Below are positions 1 through 8,335 of a DNA stretch of 64,000 nucleotides, piece by piece. The position numbers and the translations under genes are program-made. The notes under the pieces are model-generated. The model saw nothing but the letters and a program-made list of their open reading frames with translations. It ran no database searches and was not told where the DNA came from. Location of the stretch: positions 96,001-160,000 of the forward strand of contig CBDBCR010000003.1 of the NCBI GenBank assembly GCA_965203465.1, written 5' to 3'. How positions within the stretch are numbered: the stretch's first letter is position 1; every line of letters begins with the position of its first letter. The stretch is from Nitrosopumilaceae archaeon. Its GTDB lineage: Archaea; Thermoproteota; Nitrososphaeria; Nitrososphaerales; Nitrosopumilaceae.

Positions 1-1822
1 GTCAGGGTGCGGTACTCGTTGCCGGACGCGTCGAGCCACTGTCCGGCGCGCACCCGGAGCCCGTCGAACTCTTGGTTGCCCGCGTTGGTCACCGACTGCG
101 TGACCGTGCCCGATTCGCCGCCGGTCACGATGTCGAACGAGATGGAAGAGCCCACCGCGGAGCACGCCTGCTGCTGCGGGTTGGCCGAGATGTCCGAGCT
201 TATCAGCCGCAGGGTCGCGCGCTCCTGGTCGGCGTAGCTGGGCAGGTAGTTCACGCTGCCCTGCACGCGCGTGGCCAGCGAGGCGTACGGGCCGTTCTCG
301 TCGCCCCAGTAGTTGTAGCCTGCCGTCATCGTGGTGGGCGAGAGGTTGATTATGTCGTACTCTGAGTTTGATATGAAACTGTTGTTGTACACGTCGATGG
401 CGTGGTTTATCTCGCGCTCCGGCACCACGAACTGGGTGACTACCCGATCCAAGTAATCCTGGTGTATGCCGCAGCCGCCCTGGCAGACGAGCAGGCCCGT
501 TGCGGCCGTCCCGTATGACGTTGTCGTATACCTTTGTGGCGCGGTTGTCCGCCGCCCAGATTAGAATCCCCGCGTCGCGCGCGGGCTTTGTCTGCGTGCT
601 GTTGCTGTACACCAGCTCGCCGCCGACGTTGGCCACTTTGAGGTAGAACGGGCTGTTGCTTGCGCCCGTTATCTCGTTGTCGTAAATGTACACGACCTCG
701 CCCGAATAGTCCCTTCCCGGCTGCGAGGCGTGCTGTATGCCCGACCCCGGCATGTTGGAGATGGTGTTTCCGCTCACGTGCGTGTTGCGCAGCAACGAGT
801 CGCCCAAGTTTATTCCGCCCGACGTGGGGTTTCGTATGACGTTGTTCTGTATGAAGAGGCCGTCTGCCCTGGTGCCCGCGCCCCCTATGGCCGTCCCGAG
901 GAAGGCGATTTTTTCGGTTCCTGCGTCCAGGGTCTCGTTCCGCCCGATGTCCACAAGGGTGTTGTTGGAGACTGTGACGTTCCTGAACAGGGATCCCTGC
1001 GGCGAGAACAGCGCTATGCCGCTCGTCTCGGTGTTTTCGAACGTGTTGCCCGTTATCGATATGTTTTCGCGCGGCGCCGCGTTGAAGTACCTGCCCACCG
1101 TGATCACCCCGCTGTTGGTCGGAACTAGGTTCAGCGTGTTGGACGGCTGCACCATGTCGCGGAATGTGACGCCCTCTATGGCCGCTCCGTTATGGTCTAT
1201 GATGAAATCGACGTTTCCGGTTATCGTGGCCGGCCCCTTGATCTTCATGCCACTGCCTATCACTATGGAGGCCTCGTTGTTTCCGTCAAAGGCGTACGTG
1301 CGGTCGGACAGCTTTAGGGTCGCGCCACTGGCCATGTTTGCCACCAAGGTCGGGGTGAGATCCTCGTTCGGAGTCATGACGCGCATCGGGCGCGTGGTGA
1401 CTACCACGTGATCCCTGTGCGATGCTCCCGACGCATACGTCGCGTCCAAGAAGAACGTGAGTTTTTCCCCGACCGCGTGCCTCGGAGGCGTGGTAAACGT
1501 CGTGACCAAGGCGTTGGGGTCGTCGAACGTGACTTGGTACCCGCGGTTAAGTTGGCTCCACGTCTGGCTGACGGGCAGCACGCTGGTCGACGTGCCGAAC
1601 GAGGCCGAGCCGTCGAGCGTGACCGTGTCGCCCCAGTCTACGACTTGGTCAGATCCGGCGTCGGTCGTATTCACAGCGTACGCGGGCGCCGCCGACGCTG
1701 CGGCCAGTGCCAGCGACAGGGAGGCTGCCAGCAGAACTACGCGCGAAGATTCCAACCTGCGCCCCCCCCCCCCACGAGCTGCCGCGGGTCGAGCGATCTT
1801 TGTTCTTGTTCGGCGTGCTCAT
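1..1822 (-). pseudogene. Secreted right-handed beta-helix protein (PKD-like N-terminal part plus parallel beta-helix), apparently frameshifted; runs off the window edge
   Basis: Manual minus-strand translation gives a signal peptide (ESSRVVLLAASLSLALAAASAAPAYA), then DAGSDQVVDWGDTVTLDGSAS, repeated ITGNTF/VSNNTL/VSGNTISN beta-helix rungs, and a C-terminal part (NNSFISNSEYDIINL..YNYWG..RVQGSVNYLPSYAD) that aligns with 33291..34922. The frame breaks at the C12 tract (1762-1773) and near 495-498. Confidence 0.7.
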
Positions 1823-2005
1823 GGGTGCTTCGTCCGGGCCTCGCCAAGTGTGTATAAAAGGCCTCCGTTTTGGGCGGGGTTGTCGCATAATTCCCCAGAA
1901 TGACGGATTCCGTCGTTTTCCGGGGTTCGGCGGCCAGGGGCTGACATGGCCGGATCCTGGCTGCGGCCGGTTTTGGCGTGTCTGGAGGCCAGGTTCACGC
2001 GGCGG

Positions 2006-3077
2006 CTACTCGGCGGCGCACCGGATCCGGTTCAGCGCGCACACGTTCCACGCTATGGCGAGCAGCAGGCCGAACCTCTCCTGCGTCTCTTTTTTCCTGT
2101 ACCTGCACAGCAGGCGGTGGTTGTCGCTCCCCTCCGCGCCGAATATCCCATCGATCATCTTGCGATCCTCGTGGCGCACCGGATCGAACATCTCGGCGGC
2201 CCTGCGCCTGAACCGCTTGCCGGCGTTGCGCCTGTTGCCGCCGTTCTCCCTGCTCTTTCTCTGATCGATGTTGGGGCGCATGCCCATGCCGAAGACGGCC
2301 TCGCAGTTCCGGTCCGAGTCGTATCCCTTGTCGGCGTGCAGCCACCAGCCGACGAAGCTGCGCCCCAGTTTTTTCGATTTTTCGAGAAGCGGCCGCAGCA
2401 TATCGGTGTCGGCCGCGCTGCTCGGCGTCATGGCGCATGCGAGGATCACCTGCAGCCCGACCGCCGCGAAAACGTGCCATTTTAGGTACGATTTTGCGCG
2501 CACGACTGTCTCTTTGCCGGTCTTTTTGTTCAGCCTGACGCTGTCTTCGTACCTGTCAGTTTCGGATCCGGTGCTGTCCGCCGTCGAATCGTGCTTGTCG
2601 ACTCCGACTTGTTTCAGGCACGCCTCGGCGGTCAGGGCCACCATTTTTTCGAGCCACTCCGCGTCGAGATCTCTGTGCGCCCTCGAGACGGTCGAATGAT
2701 CCGGGACGCGCCCGCCCAGATCCAGTTCCCACCACTCTACCATGTTCTCGGTTTTGCGGGACGAGAGGTTGAACAAGTTCATCAAGATGCACACGATGGC
2801 CATTTCGGCCAGAGTACACCCTCGGCCGCCCGCGTCCGCTCTTGCGTGCCGGCTCGGACGGCGGGTTATCCCTCACCAGATCCTTGATGTATCCAATAGA
2901 GTCTATGCGTAAACGCGCCGGTTGAGTTTTTCTAGGCACGGATATTCGAGATTTGGTAGATTACTCATAACCTCTAATGGCGAAATCTTTTTTTGAGGCG
3001 CAGGATTCGTGGTACTCGGCCCAGTAGCCGTCTCGCCGTTGCCGTTTCAACGGCAAGACGGCTCTGGCCGTGATCAA
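2006..3077 (-). pseudogene. IS5-family transposase disrupted by a MITE insertion and a frameshift
   Basis: ADSTG, KWH and HADKGYDS motifs. The N-terminus aligns with the intact copy at 35109 only after removing 2898-2975 and shifting frame near 2810. The catalytic Glu position reads MIDGIFG versus MVEGLFG in the intact copy. Confidence 0.8.
2898..2975. mobile_element. 78-bp MITE-like insertion with 15-bp imperfect TIRs and AAT target duplication
   Basis: AGAGTCTATGCGTAA ... TTACTCATAACCTCT (12 of 15 positions complementary), flanked by AAT at 2895-2897 and 2976-2978; absent from the paralogous IS. Confidence 0.75.
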
Positions 3078-3244
3078 TAAGCATAGCGGTTGGAAAAAAT
3101 TGACCATTTGTCGGAAAAACTGATCTGCGCTACTCCTTCCGGCGTCAGGCCTCAGATGCGACGGAATCCGTCATTCTGGGGGAATTATGCGACAACCCCG
3201 GGAAAAGGTCATGGTTTATACCCTAGTTTTCCAATGCAAGCGGC

Positions 3245-3610
3245 ATGCAGAAAGCGCAGCCTCCCGAGTTTGCCAACACAATGGAGAGCATAATGGACAC
3301 CCCCGCCGAGGAGAGCATGAAAAAGGCCAGATCCGCAGAATACTTCGAGGACTGGAAAAAGGTGGCCGGCCGGAGAATCCACCTGATATTCGCCTCGCTT
3401 CCGATAGACGGGCCTGCCATACCCGACGAGATGAGGGAAGAAACCGAGGATCTGGTAATAAGGATCACGTGGCAGCACGCCTGCGAGTACATGACCGACG
3501 AGGAAAAGATCGCGGCCGGCCGTGTCAACATCAGGGCCATGAAAGAGTACGCGTGGGCGCTGGCCAGAAAGGCGGCGGCAGAAGAGTGGAAACCGGCAGC
3601 TCCTAAATAA
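3245..3610 (+). CDS. Hypothetical protein
   Basis: 121-aa ORF with protein-like composition and a TTTATA box about 25 nt upstream. Confidence 0.6.
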   Translation: MQKAQPPEFANTMESIMDTPAEESMKKARSAEYFEDWKKVAGRRIHLIFASLPIDGPAIPDEMREETEDLVIRITWQHACEYMTDEEKIAAGRVNIRAMKEYAWALARKAAAEEWKPAAPK

Positions 3611-4331
3611 TGCTCACCTTTACCACGCCCCGGAGCGATTCAAGCAGGTCGTAATATTTCCGCGGATCGGGCGTCGAGTCGAGCACATGGCTTTCCACGC
3701 GAATGCGGGTGCCGCCGGGCACGCGGGTGCCGTCCTCCAGCCTGCATTCGGTCTCGTTTGCTTTGGCGAGGTGCTTTCTGCTGTCGATCCTCTCTTCTGC
3801 GGACGAGACCGGGCAGGGCAAGGCCGTGTATACGGCAGTCCTGAGCTTGCCGCGTACGACATCATCAACGGGTACCGCCATTCGCACCGGGCGCTCGAGG
3901 GCGTATCCGTTAGTCCAGAGACTGAACAGCCTGCATCCGCGACGCCCCTTGCCGGGCACCGTCCTGCTTTCGAACGTCCCACCCAAGTAGCTTTCCAGCT
4001 CCACCAAGTCCATCCACCGGTACAGCGTTGTGGCTCTGGAGGCGCGCTCGTCCAAGGCCGAGTCTAATTCGCGCGCCAGGCCCTCCATCAGGATGGTTCC
4101 AAGATACGCGCCGGGATCGAAAGCCTCGAGCCGATCCAAGTATATACAGTCGGCGCGGCTCCAGTCCCCCGCGCCGACTGCCCGTTTGTACGCCCGCGAT
4201 TCCCAGGTTCCGCGGCCAAGGATCCGGTACGGGTTTGCCTCCAGCGTCTCCGCCCTTTTGGCTGCCAGTCGGGCCGCGCAGAAAAACCCTCCCGCGTTCA
4301 GCCGGGCAAACTCTCGGCGCGCCCAGCCCAA
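3603..4331 (-). CDS. Hypothetical protein, possible R-S-E ADP-ribosyltransferase-like fold
   Basis: 242-aa ORF with ordered motifs TLYRWM ... LFSL ... NETECRL. Confidence 0.5.
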   Translation of the reverse strand: MGWARREFARLNAGGFFCAARLAAKRAETLEANPYRILGRGTWESRAYKRAVGAGDWSRADCIYLDRLEAFDPGAYLGTILMEGLARELDSALDERASRATTLYRWMDLVELESYLGGTFESRTVPGKGRRGCRLFSLWTNGYALERPVRMAVPVDDVVRGKLRTAVYTALPCPVSSAEERIDSRKHLAKANETECRLEDGTRVPGGTRIRVESHVLDSTPDPRKYYDLLESLRGVVKVSII

Positions 4332-4574
4332 GACCCGCGGATCCAGCTAGTGGCCCGGGCATATTGCCGCCATGTCCGGAGCCGGAAAGCTCTAGATAAA
4401 AACCGACAATGATGATGTGGGGTTGCTGCGCAATTCCGGCGGCGAATTTGAGCGCGTTCGAAGGCCGGGCCGGATCCGGCGCGCCGCGGAAGCGGCCGCC
4501 GTCTGCCCCGTGGCCTCGGGCAGGCCCGGGTCAAAGCCGGAATCCGGCCGACTGCCAGACACCCCACTAGGCGA

Positions 4575-4985
4575 ACTACACGCGCATCCTGCCGCCGATC
4601 CGGCTCCCCGGCCCTATGCGCCGCATCGCGTTTTTCATGCTCTCGGCGTACTCGGGCACGATCACGTGCAGCGGGCCGGGGCATCGGTCTCGGGCACGAC
4701 GCGGTGCGCGAACGCGGGCAGATGGGACTCGGAGCCTACGTCTCTGCGCTTCCCAGGCGGATCGCGCCCGCCTTGTCCACGCCCCTCAGATCCGGGATCT
4801 TTCCGTCTGTGGAGGGCAGATTTGGAAGGCGCCGGTATTTCTCACCAGACGTATGCGGGGCGCCCCCCCCCCCCCCGTGTCGAGGCGGGTCACCCGTACG
4901 CCGTTTTTCTCGAGCTCGTTGGCAAGCGCGCTGAGCAAGCGCTGGCGGGTCGTAGATGCCGCGCTTCCCCCCCCCCTCCAGCCAT
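4575..4985 (-). pseudogene. Degraded small protein gene with a PD-(D/E)xK-like signature
   Basis: Stitched frames read RQRLLSALANELEKNGVRVTRLDT..EKYRRLPNLPSTDGKIPDLRGVDKAGAIRLGSAET*..LHVIVPEY, broken by poly-G tracts and a stop. Confidence 0.35.
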
Positions 4986-5254
4986 TAAAGCGTCGATGCG
5001 TTCATGCAGTACGGCGTTCCCGCAACACTGGCGCGGCCCGATCGTGCCGGCTCGCAGGGCCGCCTTTCACGCCGCGCCCGGGCGCCTCCGGTACGCAAAG
5101 CACGCAGCCGAGACTATGGCGGCCGCCAGAGCCGACCACATGCCGAACAGGACCGGATCTACCTGCACGCGCCGGGGCGCGCCGGGGCGCGCTATATTCG
5201 TTGGCCGCGCGGGATCAGCCCGGGATTTTTATAGGCGCGGGAGACCCGCGCGCC

Positions 5255-6082
5255 GTGGACATAACGGTCGGGCACACGCCCGACGCCGACGACGCGTTCA
5301 TGTTTTACGCCATGCTCGAAAAAAAGATACCCGATCCCGGGTTCGGCATAGAGCACGTGGTGGAGGACATCGAGAGCCTCAACGCGCGCGCCTCGGGCCC
5401 CGGCCTCGACGTGACGGCCGTCTCGGTCCACGCGTGCGCAAGGCTGGAAGGCTACACGATGCTGCGCAGCGGCGGCAGCTTCGGCCTCGGCTACGGGCCC
5501 GTGGTGGTGGCCCGCGGGGCCGCCGGCCCGGGGGACGTGCGCGGCATGCGCGTGGCCGTGCCCGGCGAGCGCACCTCGGCGTTCCTGCTGCTGCGCACCA
5601 TGATAGGGGAATTCGAGTACGAGGTGGTCGAGTTCAGCAGGATACCGGCGGCGGTGCGCGAGGGGCGCGCCGACGCGGGCCTGGTGATACACGAGGCCCA
5701 GATAGCATACGGGCAAGAGGGCCTCGAAAAGGCGCTCGACCTGGGCAGCTGGTGGCACGAAAGGACCGGCGGGCTGCCCGTGCCGCTTGGCGTCAACGTG
5801 ATGCGCTCCTCGCTGGGCCCCGAGGCCATAGCCGGGTTCGACCTGCACCTGCGCCGCTCGATAGAGTACGCGCTGTCCAACTTTGACGAGGCCCTCGACT
5901 ACGCCATGAAGTACTCTAGGGGCAGGGGGCGCCGGACCATCGCCGAGTTCGTGCGCATGTACGTAAACGAGCGCACCGTAGAGATGGGAAAAGAGGGCGA
6001 GCTCGCCGTGGCAAGGATGTTCGCCGACGCGGCAGAGGCCGGGCTGGCCCCGCCGTCGTCGCCCCGGATAGCCCCGCGGTAG
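5255..6082 (+). CDS. mqnD: 1,4-dihydroxy-6-naphthoate synthase (MqnD/MqnA family, futalosine pathway)
   Basis: GTG start; GHTPDADDAFMFYA, SFGLGYGP, LVIHEAQ and MYVNERT motifs. Confidence 0.85.
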   Translation: MDITVGHTPDADDAFMFYAMLEKKIPDPGFGIEHVVEDIESLNARASGPGLDVTAVSVHACARLEGYTMLRSGGSFGLGYGPVVVARGAAGPGDVRGMRVAVPGERTSAFLLLRTMIGEFEYEVVEFSRIPAAVREGRADAGLVIHEAQIAYGQEGLEKALDLGSWWHERTGGLPVPLGVNVMRSSLGPEAIAGFDLHLRRSIEYALSNFDEALDYAMKYSRGRGRRTIAEFVRMYVNERTVEMGKEGELAVARMFADAAEAGLAPPSSPRIAPR

Positions 6083-6410
6083 CGGGCGCGTCCGGGCGGG
6101 ATCCGCGCTGCCGGCCCGTCGATCTCGGCGCCCAGCCCCGATTCCCCGAGGGCCGCCGAGCGCGCGTTTTGCCGCCCCTCCCAAGAACGGGCGCAACGCC
6201 ACTCCGGAAGCCCGCCCTGCCTGCGGGGGCGGATCTCCGCGCCTTGTGCCCGTTGCGCCGGGGAATCTGTATGTCGCGCCGGCGTCTTCTAGTCTTTCAC
6301 GTATACGGACTTATCACATACAGACAGAAAATCAATGGTGTTGGTAGAAGGATCCGCGCTGTAAATGACTCTAGAAGTCATGCGTAATCCCCCCCGTCAT
6401 CCCGGCGTTA

Positions 6411-6827
6411 GTGCCTTATCAGGAACACAATCCAGACCGTGCCGTGGAGATAGGCATGGCCTCCATGGAGGGGGCGGCCTACTCGGACATGATGGAGTCC
6501 ATAGGCAGCGACGCCACAAAGTCCACGTACCGGAGCAACCTGGCCGCGTTCATGGCGGCGGTGCCCGACGGCGTCTTTGAAAAATACGCCGGGATCCGGC
6601 CAAAGTCGCGCGGCATAAAGGACATGCCCGAGGCGTTCGTGGGCCTCGCCAGGTCCAACCCGGACGCGGCCAAGGCGGCCGTGCGCAGCTACGTAAAGGG
6701 CCTCAAGGAGACGGTCGGAAAGGGCAAGCTGAGCCCCAACACGGTCCCCAACAAGATAAAGCCCGTAAAGGCGCTGCCGGCCGAGCGGCGCAGGGCGCAG
6801 ATCCTGCTCGACGTGCTTTTCGGGTAG
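6411..6827 (+). pseudogene. Truncated N-terminal part of an archaeal tyrosine integrase
   Basis: ATKSTYRSNLAAF ... LSPNTVPNKIKPVKAL resembles the N-terminal core-binding region of thaumarchaeal integrases; the catalytic domain is missing. Confidence 0.55.
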
Positions 6828-7180
6828 GGCCGGCGCGTCCGGCCTGCACGGATCAGCGCAGGCCGGTCCTCCAGCCGCCGGATGCGCGGGGCCTGCGGCG
6901 TGGAGCCCGCGGGCCCGTCTGGGGCCGGCCGCGTCTAACAGAATTTTTATGCAACGCGGACGCTATGCGTTCGATCTCGCACGGTCGCCGGCAAAAGACT
7001 GCCGCGTACCGGGGGCAAGCAGAGGGGCAAGCCGCGTCCAAGCAGGCGCGCAAGCTGTGGCCAGAGATCCCCCATTCATAGAGCGGCAATACGGCCTCCA
7101 GACTAGGCAGTGTTGACAGCCAGCCTGAAGCCGGCAGAACCGACTCATCTAACAAGAGTTTTATACGACAGGCTTGTTAT

Positions 7181-8335
7181 ATGGGCGTGGAGATCATTGT
7201 AGGGGCGCCGGTGACCGGCGAAAACCTTCACGGAAGGGAGGACGAACTCGACGAGTTGTGGTCCAGAATCAAAATCAACAGCATTCTGCTCTCTTCGCCG
7301 CGCAGGTTTGGCAAGACCAGCCTAGTCAAGGAAATGGAGCGCGCGCCGCGCGACGGATTCGAAGTCGTGTATTTGGACGTAGAGGGCATCGACAGCGTAC
7401 AGGAGTTTGTGTCGCGTCTTGCAGAAGCCCTGCCAAAGCCAGCCCAGCGGACACTGCTACGCAGGTTTGCAAAAAAATTGAGGGAGAACGTGGAAGAGAT
7501 CGAACTGTCTCATCTACGAATGAAACTAAGAGAGAGCACAAAAGAGGACTGCATGAGGGACGGGGAAGATCTGTTCGACATGCTCCAAGACGCGGAAAAA
7601 CTCCACATAATCGTGGTCGACGAGCTTCCCAGCTTTCTGTTAAATTTGGAATCTGCCGGTGTCCAGAGCCAATCCATAGGGATGGTTCTCAGGTGGTTGC
7701 GGCAAATGCGACAGGCACACGATGCAAGGTTCGTAGTGTGTGGTTCGATCGGGATAGACAACATACTGCGGCGTCACGGGTTGTTTAACACGGTCAACGA
7801 TCTAGAGAGGATAACCGTATCGCCGTTTGGACACGACACTGCTTCGCGCATGATAGAACGCCTGCTTGACAAAGCGGACATCGAATACGAGCCGAATCAC
7901 ACACAAAAGATTCTTGGCAAAATCGGAGTGCCGTCGCCCCCCTATTTCCTTCAGATAATGTTACGCGAGATCATCAAAATGACAGGCGCAAAAAAAAGAC
8001 TGTCGGAAGATGTCATAGACAAATCGTATCAGAGAGTCCTAGGCGACGCCGGAAAGGGGTATTTTGAATGGTATTACGACCGGCTCAAAACCGAATTCCC
8101 TCCGGATCTGTTACACGCCGTAGTGAGCATGCTGGATTACTTGGCCGAGCGCGAGTCAAGCACAAAATCCGATCTGAGCGGCGTGTTCTTTGACGCGCTG
8201 AAAAAGAAAGACAGCGAGATCTTTCTGGACGCGGTGAGGGCCCTGGAGAGCGGGTTTTACATAGCAAAAGACAACGGCTATTCGTTCCGCGTCAAAGTTC
8301 TGCGCGACTGGTGGGCAGAGAGGCGCGCCAGTTGA
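7181..8335 (+). CDS. STAND-like/archaeal AAA ATPase
   Basis: GREDEL, Walker A SPRRFGKTS, Walker B IIVVDE, PYFLQ and C-terminal FRVKVLRDWW; visibly lower GC than its flanks. Confidence 0.85.
   Translation: MGVEIIVGAPVTGENLHGREDELDELWSRIKINSILLSSPRRFGKTSLVKEMERAPRDGFEVVYLDVEGIDSVQEFVSRLAEALPKPAQRTLLRRFAKKLRENVEEIELSHLRMKLRESTKEDCMRDGEDLFDMLQDAEKLHIIVVDELPSFLLNLESAGVQSQSIGMVLRWLRQMRQAHDARFVVCGSIGIDNILRRHGLFNTVNDLERITVSPFGHDTASRMIERLLDKADIEYEPNHTQKILGKIGVPSPPYFLQIMLREIIKMTGAKKRLSEDVIDKSYQRVLGDAGKGYFEWYYDRLKTEFPPDLLHAVVSMLDYLAERESSTKSDLSGVFFDALKKKDSEIFLDAVRALESGFYIAKDNGYSFRVKVLRDWWAERRAS

Larger units (their letters stand above)
1876..3199 (-). mobile_element. IS5-family (DDE_Tnp_1) insertion sequence, inactivated copy
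   Basis: Terminal inverted repeats GGGGTTGTCGCATAATTCCCC(C)AGAATGACGGATTCCGTCG at 1876 and the reverse complement ending at 3199; homologous to the element at 34986..36257; no target duplication visible. Confidence 0.85.

Noticed and set aside
3078-3199. Guide or bridge-type ncRNA in the conserved IS5 leader
   Set aside because: The conserved non-coding part is only about 120 bp and is explained by the TIR and promoter; the transposase is an ordinary DDE enzyme, not IS110, TnpB or IscB.
6853-7155. Short ORFs between the integrase remnant and the ATPase pair
   Set aside because: No recognisable motifs or consistent codon pattern on either strand.
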